Shown: positions 24,430-36,359 of the stretch, in pieces
How the letters are laid out: every line of letters starts with the position of its first letter
How positions within the stretch are numbered: position 1 is the stretch's first letter
Assembly: GCA_037379345.1 (NCBI GenBank)
Contig: CM074518.1
Span: 15,810,001 to 15,874,000, forward strand
Direction: 5' to 3'
Length of the DNA: 64,000 nt
From: Perna viridis
Lineage: Eukaryota
The notes under the pieces: generated by a model
Told to the model about the DNA's origin: nothing
The model's input: the letters and a program-made list of their open reading frames with translations, nothing else
The model's database searches: none
Made by a program: the position numbers and the translations under genes

Positions 24430-25080
24430 ACGGTCAATATATCCACCCGAGCTCGAGATAAAAGAGACTACAGAGACGGGCTTTTTCTGCATTATTTTGG
24501 ACCTACATCTCGAATTTGACAACAATGGTCAACTCAGCACTAAGATTTATGATGAAAAGAGATGCTTTTAATATCGTAAATTTCCCTTACCTGTGCAGCA
24601 ATATCTCTTTATCTCCTGCACATTACACAATTTATTCGCTACGCTAACTATTATGAGCGCCGTAAATAACTGCGTAACAGACTTCTGAATCAGGGGTTTG
24701 AGGAAATTGGTCTTAAAAGGTCACTTACCATACTCTTTTTTTTTAGATATCAGTCCTTGGTTGAAAAATACTCAGGTTTTTGTAAAATAGAGATTAATAA
24801 TTGTTTTTTTTTATTTTTATGCAGATGTGACCGCTCATTTACCGATTATGACAATAGCATGCAAATGTTTTTAATCACCACTGGTATATTCACGATGCAA
24901 TGGAAGGGGGAGGTTTAGCGCGCTGTAAAACCTAGATAGAATGGAATTCCTGTACAAAGTCAGGACCATTGCCGTACCACTTTCTCCAGTATTTAAATAC
25001 ATGTATCTATTTTGCCAGATTTATTTTCGACTTGACTCGATTATGAAATGGATTAGTGTTCTCTAATTTTATTGTTACCC
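24430..25080 (+). mobile_element. PLE of a second subfamily: RT C-terminus plus twister-like 3' end remnant
   Basis: IYPPELEIKETTET..LDLHLEFDNNGQLSTKIYD. 3' GGGGGAGGTTTAG...CCTGTACAAAGTCAGGA. Confidence 0.75.
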
Positions 25081-25305
25081 TAACTTGAAAAGTTGCCATT
25101 ATTCTGTTACTGTGAACTTTTTTGCTTTTGTTGTCGGGGCCATTTGGAACTTACTAAAATGTGTGTTGACATTTGTTGAAGACCTTTGAAAGTATACACA
25201 ATGTACTATTTCGTATTTTGATTTTTCGCCGGTGCATTTGTCGCGTTCTACTATATCTGTTTCTTTTATTTTATGAGATAAGAAGCGTATTAACAATAAA
25301 TGTTT

Positions 25306-25492
25306 CCCTAAAATACACAATAATAAAAGAACTTTAGAACAATCATTGAACTGAAGTACGTACGACAACATCGGCTAAAAACAAGAACACATCGCATAAA
25401 AGCAAGATTTGGATTTCTTTTTTTTTCTAAAATACACAATAATAAAAGAACTTTTTTTTTCTTCTAAAATACACAATGATAAAAGAACTTTA
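25306..25492. repeat. Three dispersed copies of CTAAAATACACAATAATAAAAGAACTTT
   Basis: Seen at ~25308, ~25427 and ~25464. Confidence 0.8.
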
Positions 25493-26379
25493 GATCAATC
25501 TATATGGAACGCTGTATCAGTCTTATAGTACAGAAATTAAATATGTCACTGTGTCTTTACGTGTGGCCATTTCTCATTGTCATTATTATCATGTATAACT
25601 ACTTCCTGCCATAACTTTCTACGTTATCTCAGTAAAGTTAATTGTTAAGTTGAATACGATATTTGTTATGCTTATAACATTCTTAGTGTTGTTGGAAATA
25701 TGTTTTATCTTGTTGAAATAACAATATATTAAGTAGATGCCAATGGATATTGTATTCATACGTCTGTACATTATGTTATTATTTCACAATGGCTTGGTTA
25801 GGTGTTCATATGTTCTATAATTCTGGTAACTCAGTTCTGTCGCAAATATTAGTTTTAATGTTAAATACTCCTGATATGTTGTTCAAGGGCATTTTGGGGT
25901 ATACTAAAAGCCTAAATTTCATGCTTTTGTATGGCAAGTGTATTTTGTTGTTCAATTTCATTGCAAGTATCATGTGTTCTGGTATTAACGTAATAATCAT
26001 GACTAACATGCAACACCTATTACGCTATGGTAAACACCTAATTAACGCATATCAAATAATATAAAACGCTTATGTGAAAAAAGATATTTCAAAATGCTTG
26101 GCGAATGACGCGTCGGAAGTATGTTATATTTTACATAATTGACACAACAAGTGTATGAAATCGCAAAACAAAATACCCGTGCCATACAACAGTTTGATGT
26201 TTTAGTACAACAGTTAACATACATTTTAACATATGGGGGTAGTTAACATTACACATTTACGACAAGACGGGTTTATCGATTAATAACGTAGTAGTGTATA
26301 AACATACATGAGCATCTACATAAAATACTATTGTTTTAGAAATATATAACATACTTTATTATATACATCTCATTTCACT

Positions 26380-28320
26380 ACACTCCTTTTACAAAACAAG
26401 TCTTGGCACTCCTGTTTCCGAACCTACCTCATCATTATGTAGACTTGTGGCCATCATTTTGAATATTGGTTTCCACTGACTCTTGAAATCAGTTTGTATT
26501 AAATGTCAAGATGAAGACAAGCGATCATTTTTTCCACTACTCTTCGTCAACAAAGGTGCAATAGATGCAGTTGATTTGGCTTACATCTCCAACACAAAAA
26601 CCTCATGAACTAAATTCCGTCGTATTTCAAAGGAAAATCAATACCGAATATTTAAAGTCCTATACTTCACCTATTGCATCCAAAATTTTCAATTATTAAA
26701 GGCTGTTCAGGACCTCAAGATTGAGGACTTCAAGGCTAAACCACCTGTCTATTAATGCAAAAAAAAATTTCCATTTGGTCATTTTAGTCTCGTCATTGCG
26801 AGAGATTTAAACATCATCGAGGACGAATCTTTCCGTAAGGTCTTTTCTAAAGATCCCAAGAACCGTTTACCATGCTCCATAAATTGGAATTGAAATTTTA
26901 AAGTTCTCATGCATGCCGTGGATGACTACGCATGAAAATGGATAAAACGAGAACGATAAGACATTGACTCTCTGCCATAGTGGGTAAAGGCTGTGGGTAT
27001 TTAATATTAAAACGTATGAAAGTTTAAGATAGGTCAATGAGTGTAAATGCTACAAGACCCCGATGTATCAAAAACATTGTCTAATATGAATTACAAATAT
27101 GTTGTCATACCTGCTGACAAAGCCCAAAACAACATTGTTTTTGTATGCAAAACGTACTACATACAATGTTTATTACCAGCTGTTGACGTAGAATGTTATA
27201 GCTAGCTGTTATTAGACCTGTATATATTGCTACTACACTCTCCAACCCTTTGTTATCCTCGTTTAGTCTCTCTACCTAAGATGATGATTGTGATCTCTAT
27301 TGTCTATATACTGGACTCTTTAACTCCAAAAGAATCCGTACAAACACCTACATGGCAGATCTGCTAAATGTACCGCTAAACCTCTTTTTTAACTTGTAAC
27401 TTCTATACTGACAGCTGTCAAAGGTGGTCTCCTGTCCTACTACGACACTTATTACTATCATACTGGTAATTATTCAATGTGGATCCTGAAAAATTAGAAA
27501 GATCTCATGGAAACCCTCGATTCATGATTATTATTAGAATACAATGGCATTAAAACCTTCGATTTTAGACTCTTTATTCATCTTTTCCACATACTCAGTT
27601 AAAACCCCGACTTTAAAACATCATGCGTCATTGTCACTACAAAAAGACGGTATACCTAGATACAAATATGTAGTTCTTGGTACAGATTTCTCATATTCAG
27701 CTGGAATTTTTTATCGACAATATATTTGACAGGGTGATAGACGTGTTTTTTCAACAAACGGTCGACATTCCAATGGGAACAAATTGTGTTCCTCTATTTC
27801 CTGACATATTCTTTCACTCTTATAAGTCTGAGTTTATAGCTGTACTAATCCAAAGAGGAAGCTTTGTTTAGCTAGATCATTTAATCTCAGTTTCCGCTGT
27901 ATGGGTGACGTACATGTATTATCGTTAAACAATCCAAGTCTTTTTGGAATTATATATATATATATATCGCACCTAACCCAAAGAACTTAAAATACAGAAT
28001 ACTGTAAAGTCAGCTCCATATCTTGGTCTAATCTTAGAGATCGATAGTTAAGAAAAACTGTATACCAAACTATATGACAAACGTGATGACTTTTCATTCT
28101 GTGTTGTCAACTCTCCTTTCATCTATAACAACATCCCTTTAGCACATGCGTATTGAGCTTTCATGTCAAAATTCATACCTCATGCCAGAGCGTGCTGTAA
28201 CTATACAGATGTTTTGTCTGGCGCTAGGCGTCTTACTATTAGGGTTCTGTAACATCTTTATGTTGCTACAAGATTAAATTCATCACTACAAATGTTTTAT
28301 GGTCGTCATCATCAACTTTG
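26380..28320 (+). mobile_element. Old, heavily decayed PLE (Naiad-like) covering most of the RT ORF
   Basis: YTSPIASKIFNY, KYVVIPADKAQNNIVFVCKTYYI, KNPYK, SAKCTAKPL, MWILKN, FFIDNIF, IPMGTNCVPL, LYDKRDDF, FYGRHH. Confidence 0.85.
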
Positions 28321-29949
28321 TCATATGACCGCACATAAAGACACCCACAGTGACATAACATATTTTTAAAATACCTACACCATAAAACAATTACGGCATT
28401 CCATAAATCTAGAAAGCTGGTCGTTTATATTATATCATAGATGATATGAAATGAGAACATCATAACTATACAACTAGTCAGGTTATGATATTGTACATTT
28501 GTGGCATTTTAGTCATCATTTATATGACACATTGAAGATTTAACTCTCGTTTATTTTCATGCTATAAATACATTTTTAAAACCTACATTTTCAAATTGAG
28601 TACGGGAACAAATGGGTCAATTTTGAATATTTATCTGACCGAAAGTCCACATGGCTGGATTAAATATCATTTTAAAGGTATTTAAAAGGCGCTTCGAATA
28701 AGGTCTGTAAAAGAACTTTTTGTGTTTCAATTTCCGAAAATTCGAAGTCAAAGCTTAAGGTAACATCAAAGTCTCATTAAAATTAAAATATTTCTGCAGT
28801 ATTTTCATTTTTCTTGAAACCGTTTGACTTATTTGAAGAAATTTGAACATAGCTTTACCAGGGCGTTTCTGTAAAGTGGACAATATATAGTGTAATAATG
28901 TATTTCTCCATGAAGACCAAAGAAATTCAGAAATTTTCAAAAGAAATGGAATACTATTGACATTGTAATGAAAACAATTGTATATCAAGATAATTTCGAC
29001 GATGTCTTACAATTGTTTATAGATTTTTTAATGTATTGAGTTTAGTAAGCAATATGTTCTCAGTTATTTTACACAACCATGGGATCCTTTAATTGTAAAT
29101 TTTGTGTCGAAAACGTTTCTGTTTTTTTTTACCGTCCACGAAATGGTATTATTATATCAATGACGTGCAACATTAAGAATAGTTTTTGGCACATGCTATA
29201 ACGGTTTTTTTTTATTTATACAGACACATTCACTATGGCGAATATGATAGTATAATGAGATGTTAGGATATATTTGGTGAAAGAAAGATACGATTGAAAA
29301 AAATATGATTGAAATGTAGTATCTTTCCACCAAATGGTCTCGTTTAGAATAAATACATTTCTTCACTATAGCATGTAAGTATTTTTGGCCAGTCATTTTC
29401 CGCTAAAATTTATTACATATGAAATAAAATCTCACGTGAATAAATATAAAATCAAGGTGAAAAATATGCTTTGTAGCAGCGTTTTTCAAGGCGTATATCC
29501 ATGAATTTACTTTCCAATGTAAAATGGAACGTTTAGTATCACAAGTCGGTTTCAAGTCACCCATATATTGTCTACATACGCTGTTACGAATAAAACTGCA
29601 AGAAAATACATAACCAACTGAACAGTGAATCAGCATTGATAAGAAAAGACCAGAACTATTTTTATTACTCTTGTGACGAAAGAAACTTTGTTACGATTAG
29701 TGATATAAACAATGTATTTTACAACTTAAGAATAGTCTTAGCAAAGGCAAGATTCAGCTTGCTAAGATACAACTTTATATGCGTTGTGTTATATGGAGCA
29801 TTGAAAGTTGTGACCAGTAAATTGAACAAAAAATAGAGAATTTCATTCTAAGGCTAGTTGATTTTCTTAATATAGAATAACACCAAAGGAGATGTTGGCG
29901 GTGGCCTCAACCGATACACACCATTAGCATTTATCTCATAGTAACAAGA

Positions 29950-30900
29950 AAAAGAGGCTCCCAAGAGTCTGAATCGCTCGCCTGGTTAAATTTTGCCTTC
30001 TTAAGGGCACTAAATTTATCAAAGAGTTGTCCAACAATTTTGACTCAGTAAGACGTTGGTAGGATTTATTATAGGAATCATTTCTTCAATTGAAAGTTTC
30101 TATCATAGTTTTCAAGATATTGACTGAAAACTAAAAAAGGTCATTTTGTTTACTTTTCAAGGGCAATAACTCTTGAAAAGAAGTCGTCTGACAACTTTGA
30201 TCCCTGAAAATTTTTTCTAGGTCTTATAAAAATGATCATTTCAGCAATTGAAAGTATTTAGATAAACTTAATGGTTTTTGAAGATATATGCGATAAACTA
30301 CAGTCTGACATCTATGTTGTATCTTTTTGTAACGGCGGTCAAAAAAAAATCCCCACATCAGTTCTATGCACGATACCCAAATGAACATTCGTACAAAGTT
30401 TGGTTTCAATTGGTCATGTAGTGTCAGAGGAGAAGATTTTTGAAAGAAACAACATTACAAAGAGCAAAAGAAACCTCGAAAAGGACACTAACTCCAACAT
30501 GGCTTAACCGATTCCAACGAAAATTTGACCACAGATAGATCTCAACATGGTGAACACTTTTACTTGTGTCATCATTTTGGCTAAACCAAAAAGTTTTGGG
30601 GATATATGCGAAAGACTACTGTCTGTCCCCTATGTTCTATTTTAAGTAACGATGGCCATGTTTTTCGGTAGATCAGAAATCCCCACATCAATTCTTTGCA
30701 AGGTACTCCAAGGAACATTCATACTAAGTTTGGTTCTAATGGGTCATGTAGTATCAGATGAGAAGTTTTGTTTTAAATTACATTAAAAATGGCAACCAAA
30801 CGTCGAAAAGAGGCAATAACTCCAACATGGCTTAAAAGATTGAAAGATTGACCACAGATAGATCTCATCATGCTGAACATTTAAAACTTATATAAAAACT
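29950..30900 (+). mobile_element. Helentron-associated element with internal ~320-330 bp tandem units
   Basis: Start AAGAGGCTCCCAAGAGTCTGAATCGCTCGCCTGG. Repeated CCCCACATCA...AAGTTTGGTT...AACTCCAACATGGCTTAA...GACCACAGATAGATCTCA. Confidence 0.7.
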
Positions 30901-30965
30901 GGACAGTGGGACAAAACACCTCAAATTCTCGAACAAAGCAAACTCATTTCCATATATGTCACGCA

Positions 30966-30971
30966 TTTATT
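30966..30971 (-). promoter_or_regulatory. Putative polyadenylation signal of the CRISP gene
   Basis: AATAAA on - strand about 10 nt after the TGA stop. Confidence 0.55.
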
Positions 30972-30980
30972 ACAACGATT

Positions 30981-31102
30981 TCAGCATCGATTACAGTAAT
31001 GTGGGCAATCATTTCTTGTGTTTGTGTAAACTTTGCAGTACACGTCTTTAGAAGCTGGACTCATTTGCGAACACCAAGAAAGATCTGGAACTCTGCAGTT
31101 CA
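30981..31102 (-). CDS. CAP/CRISP gene exon 9 (terminal; ShK-like domain)
   Basis: TTTTTTCAG acceptor, phase 1. LNCRVPDLSWCSQMSPASKDVYCKVYTNTRNDCPHYCNRC*: 6 Cys ending in CPxxCxxC. Confidence 0.85.
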
Positions 31103-31533
31103 CTGAAAAAAGATAGCATACATGTGAGCGTCTCTAATGCTGCTGAAGCTTAATAATTGTGTCTACCCAAACACATTGTTAAATAATTCACAACCATGGT
31201 TGGGCAACCAGGAACTACGAACACACATACTGTAACATATACATGTAAAAATTAATATGATTGAAACATATGTACTGTAGGGTACATACAATGTATATGT
31301 ATATGCATAATAACATTTAAACTGACTATTTAAAACAGTCTGGCGCAATTAAAATACGCTATTTTTCTATCCAAAGGAGTGTTTTATAGTATATGTCGGA
31401 TAATAAATACCATTTATGTATACTAAAGCAAAAGAAAAGACGACATGCAGAATTTTTTTTAAATCACAAAATTCAATATGAAATACTATATTTAACTGTT
31501 GGATATTAAACAAAATTGCAGTAGCATTATTAC

Positions 31534-31644
31534 GTTTTTCACATGCATCTCCATAAAAAGGACTCCTTGGTGCGTTTCTACATTTACACTCGCATGTCGC
31601 TGGATTTAATTCTCCATCGTTCATACACATTTTACCACCACAAT
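31534..31644 (-). CDS. CAP/CRISP gene exon 8 (EGF-like)
   Basis: AG/GT bounded, phase 1-1. DCGGKMCMNDGELNPATCECKCRNAPRSPFYGDACEK. Confidence 0.9.
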
Positions 31645-32496
31645 CTACATATGAAACATGTGAATGTATAATTATTACAAAGGTTACCAACTTAGTACAA
31701 ATAATTATGGCGTCTTGGGAGGCTCATTTTTATTTCGTTTAGTCGCCATTCCATTCATGTAACATAAACCTCAGATTAAAAAGAAATGCCCCAGCGAACG
31801 TCATGGTTATCTTAACTACCTTACAGACAATTCCATATTCAACATCCTTTTCAGTTTAAGCGGGTCTGATCAATTTGAACAGATTCCAGAAGTATTACCT
31901 TTCTCCACAGATGAAGGAATATTTTACACATTACCTGTGAAGTAAACAAATGTCATAGGCAGCATGCAAATTCTAAAAAGAAATCGATTGCCTTCCCCTA
32001 TTTTAGAAAGCAATGCATCGCTAAGGATGATACAATCGTAGCTATCTTTTCCAATGAAGGTTACTAGGTTTTTGACAACAAGTGGAGTATGGAGCTAACG
32101 GAATAATATGCATACATGTACACAATGTACGTACATTCCACTTTTTCCGAACTTTTTAAACAGGTTCTATTCTCTACTTTCACTCTAGAAAAGACTCCGG
32201 TATTAAAAAAATGAAGTTATTTTTACTGAAACGTAATCTTTAACTATATATTTTATATGTTTGGTTCAAGGAAAAGTTTTTTTTTCCGCAAGGACAGTCA
32301 CTTTATTGTTACTTCCAGGACATAGCCTGTTTTTGTTTTGGTATATTTAGGAATCTGAAAGGTTATTCAAATTAACTCACAACGCCTTGCAGATCTAGCA
32401 ATTATGTTTTCTGTGTTCGTTTTGACAATAGAAAATAAGCGATATACGTTCATATCATTAATGAATATATTAACTTAGCATTAACAAATAACGTAC

Positions 32497-32582
32497 CACA
32501 TAAACCGTTATCACAGTTATCCGGACACATACTACAATTTCCTCCATTATTCCACGGTTTCTCTATGTCCTCATATATCATT
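32497..32582 (-). CDS. CAP/CRISP gene exon 7 (hinge)
   Basis: AG/GT bounded, phase 2-1. MIYEDIEKPWNNGGNCSMCPDNCDNGLC. Confidence 0.9.
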
Positions 32583-32848
32583 CTAAGTAAGCAGTAACAC
32601 ACATTGAAAAGTAATAATTTTCTGATAGTTGTTCTAAAACTGTGTAGTAAGTTGTTGGCTTAGTAAATGTACAAGTACAGAAAGTATTTTATTTTGTGTT
32701 TTACCAATAAAGGTGAATCAATATGAAGATTTCACAATGTTTAGTTGTAAATGTACTCAATGAATCATATAATGGTAATTACTTCTAAAGCTGGACATTT
32801 CTAAAAGCGGTACTAAGCGGCTTGAAACCTCTAGAAATGTGTACTTAC

Positions 32849-32934
32849 GAGTATCCATAGTTACAAACAAAGTAAACAACACAGCCACAAAATGACCGTG
32901 CACAGCCAACCCTGCTCGTTTTCCAATAAAGAAC
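32849..32934 (-). CDS. CAP/CRISP gene exon 6
   Basis: Donor GTAAGT, phase 0-2. VLYWKTSRVGCARSFCGCVVYFVCNYGY (CAP2 motif VCNY). Confidence 0.9.
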
Positions 32935-33252
32935 CTAATAAACAGTTTGGTTTAAAGTTTATGTAGAGTAAAAATGTATGTAGCTGACTGACATATTCTC
33001 AATATTTAAAAAATTGGCATTAATATTTACGTGCTTGAAGTGAGTTTTCTTTTGTGTTACGAAATGGGAGATGCTAAATTGAAGAACGTGATACGTATAG
33101 TAGTGGTCATTATAAAATTGTTATTTACCTTTTATCCCAATGTAAAATTACACAGCTTATGAAAACACACACTTGAAATTCCAAACCATCAGAATCAACA
33201 ACATAACATATGATGTACTTCTTTGTTTTTCCTCTCAATTGATATTTCATAC

Positions 33253-33407
33253 CTGAGCAATATGAGCTATTAATGTGACGTCTCCATTTGTCGGCCCTAC
33301 TCCATATTTAAAGTGGTCAATTTCATCAAACCACATGTTCATACAATCAGACCATGACATTCCAGACCCAAAACACATATTTTGTCCTGTTGCAACTCCG
33401 GGAAGCT
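33253..33407 (-). CDS. CAP/CRISP gene exon 5
   Basis: Phase 1-0. LPGVATGQNMCFGSGMSWSDCMNMWFDEIDHFKYGVGPTNGDVTLIAHIAQ. Confidence 0.9.
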
Positions 33408-33719
33408 CTGTAACAGTACGTTAAATTTACACAATGCAGTAATTCTGCTCAAAAACGGGTGAGTTTTTGTGATTGGTTAAAAGCAAATTGTGGACGAAGT
33501 GCAGTACTGCTGTTATAAGCTTATAAAACCTTACACATAAGCATGTACTCAAGACCCAATATACGATTGTTCTTGCGTATAGTGGAGAAATGTATCTTGA
33601 CAGAGATAGAGACCTTACAGTAACGTGTCCATATACTTTAAAGTAGTTTATTTATCATTCTGTAAATATTCTTTTGTGCTTTGTATTAATTATCACTGAC
33701 GACTTATGATTCACATGTA

Positions 33720-34690
33720 CATGACTGTTGGTTTAACTACTACACCAAGGTTTTCGATAGCACAAGCTCGTAAAAAACATTCACAAAATTTTAACCGATA
33801 CAAGGAACTCATTCTCAAATACAAATGTCCTTGCATGTAAAGGATTAATACGTGTGAATATATCTCATCCTTTGTTTTATGGTAATATTCTACACAAGGC
33901 ACGGAAAGATCGACGCTCACCCAATAAGTTAACCAAACCGCTGAATAGGCTCATTCGTAAGGGATAGTTATAATATATTGTTGTCAAATCGTTAAGGATA
34001 ACATGTTTATTAATAACATTGATTCACTCGTAGGGTCTTTACATCGATATTAAAACAATATATTTAAAAGCAGTTTTTAGCATGTCATGGGTTGTTTCCT
34101 TATTGTATGACTTATGATGTACCGTGGTTCTCAACCCCGCTTGGGAAGAATAAGAATTGGTATTGATTTTACATACGATGGGGACATAACTATTATAGGT
34201 TTAAACTGGTCTGGTAACGGTATGTCAGTTGACCTCTAGTAGATCTTAGTTTGTACTTTTGTGTAATTTATATTCCGTTTCTATAAGTCCATTGTAACAA
34301 GGGACTCAAACCGGTTTGATCCTATTATTAGGTGTGTTTAATTGTTTGGTATTTTTTCACAGTGGCCGGATTTTAAAGGGAGGTTTGTGATTACACCAAA
34401 AGACTTCAACTCCGCCGCATTTTTTTAGCCTGTCCTAAGTCAGAAATGTCTTGCCTCTACGTCTTGTTTGTTTTCACCATAAGTTTGTTTTTATTTTACA
34501 TGAGTATGTAGGCAAATCTTTCGCTGTACCTGTGTATAATGATGTTTTGGGGCGAGCTGCAGCCTGTCTTGTGATGTGAGGGTTACCTCGTCGTTCATTG
34601 AAGACCGATGGGTGGCCTACGGCTGACATTTTTGTCCCGGTTGGGTTGTTGTCTCTTTGCCAAATCTATTCTCGTTATTTTTAATATAAA
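33720..34690 (+). mobile_element. Older PLE 3' region (ORF C-terminus, twister-like motif, tail) in a CRISP intron
   Basis: QGFR..KLVKT.FTKF, ISHP.FYGNILHKARK, LTKPLNRLIRKG remnants. Twister-like core at 34376-34444. Confidence 0.7.
34364..34455 (+). ncRNA. Degenerate circularly permuted (P5-type) twister-ribozyme-like motif
   Basis: AAGGGAGG ... (C)AACTCCGCC ... GCCTGTCCTAAGTCAG, closed by GGCCGGATT/AATGTCTTGCC. Confidence 0.5.
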
Positions 34691-34706
34691 ACCCTTTTTC
34701 ACTCAC

Positions 34707-34797
34707 CGTCTGCATATCTATCGTAGTACTTATCATGTTCATTCGTGTACCGCTCAGCATGTATGGCTGCTTTTTCTTCCAACCCTTCATCCCAGTA
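34707..34797 (-). CDS. CAP/CRISP gene exon 4
   Basis: TTCAG acceptor, GTGAGT donor, phase 0-1. YWDEGLEEKAAIHAERYTNEHDKYYDRYAD. Confidence 0.9.
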
Positions 34798-35340
34798 CTG
34801 AATTTAAAAAAGTATGATTCGAAATACAGGTCATATCCGGCCTAAACTATCCTGCACAGATTATTTCCAATCATTATCATATGAGTAAATCAAAAAGCTC
34901 AAATAGGATACTCTGCATTTAAAGAGGTCAATTAAATTAAAGCAGCTTCACATCTTCCAATATACGTTATTTATACAACAAATATACTAACAACCATAAG
35001 GAGTCACAACTTTATAGAACAAAGATCAATAACGACTTTGTATACCAAGAAAGCATTAACTGTCATTGAGCAGAGGCGGTATGTCTTAGGTATCAGTCTT
35101 TATTACAATCAGTCAGAAGGTGATTAATGCATGTAAAAAATATCATCAAATTCACTTTTATTTCTAATTTAGAAATAGTTATAGAAAATATAACCAGTTT
35201 CAGGTTGTTACGCTTTTGAGATAAAACATATATAGAATTGAGAATGAAATGGGCACTGTGAATGAGTTACAGTTCTCGTGCTCAGAACCTTAGCCGGGGG
35301 CTACCTTAGTTTGTTATTTAAGCTGTTTCTACTATACCTT

Positions 35341-35859
35341 GCCCCGTGCAGGTCCGGGTGTTAAAAGAATAGGCCTGCAGCGGCGCTAAGCTTGTCATAA
35401 AAAGTGACTAAAAAGTGCTCAGAACCTTAGCCGGGGGCTAGGGCGCTCTGTCCACAGAGCAACTGGGTTGTGTGCCCCAGGTGGTGGAATGGGGTACCCC
35501 TGGTGTGTTACATGCTGGGGTTGTCAGGCTGTAATACGGAAAACCTGACCGCGAACCATAGTGGTGCACCTCGTTGGGAAAGATGCCACGTTCCTCGCAC
35601 GTTAAAAAAAACCCTACTGTGGTATTCTCCCGGAGTAGGAACCATAGGGCTCCGCCACAGGAGGCTAAATTGCCCGACCTCACCCACCTCTCCCTATTTC
35701 CAGTGGCAATCAAAATTTGTCGACCCCATTATCCTTGTACCCCATCCCTTTTTTCATTTCATCATCATTTCATGTTCATTTTATCATCCATTTCATGTTA
35801 ATCGTCTGAATATAGCTGAAATAATGCTACTCGGACGTTAAACCCCAACAAACAAACAA
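35341..35859 (+). mobile_element. Second full copy of the ~520-bp SINE-like element
   Basis: GCCCCGTGCAGGTCCGGG head through GGACGTTAAACCCCAACAAACAAAC tail. Confidence 0.85.
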
Positions 35860-36257
35860 AAGTTCCCGATTTGGATGATTTATGCATGTGGGAGATAAAT
35901 ATATAATTCTCACGAAAAAAGCTTATCTGAATATTAAAAGGACTATCGTTACATTTGTACATGTACGTAAATATTTTGTATCTGTAGCTAGAAATAATAT
36001 AAATATATAGATATATAAGATAGAGGTGATTAAAATATATTTTTTTTTTAATCACCTCTGTCTTAGCCAGTCTGAAATTTATATGAAGCGGTACTTAGTA
36101 TCTCAGACACTCAAGGATAAGATTTCAAGGAAATAAAATTTCAGATGGCCACAAGTACGAAAATTTTGTTTCAAAACAGATTATGTTCTGCTCCCTAACT
36201 TGCATATCTGTGGTTTTTGAAGGGTTGCTTATTTTAATGACTGTAACAACAATGTAC

Positions 36258-36359
36258 CATTTTCATCATATTGGCTCCATTGGGTGCGGCCAGTCTTCTT
36301 ACTGTATTGTGTGCATCTAGAATTAATGTGCGATATTTTGGTGTGACCTTGGTAAGAGT
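36258..36359 (-). CDS. CAP/CRISP gene exon 3
   Basis: TTTTCTTCCAG acceptor, phase 0-0. TLTKVTPKYRTLILDAHNTVRRLAAPNGANMMKM (CAP3 motif HNxxR). Confidence 0.9.

Noticed and set aside
31121-31229. Extra CRISP exon between the EGF-like and ShK-like exons
   Set aside because: AG/GT bounded, but has a stop in the required phase and no domain similarity. Skipping it gives a clean protein.
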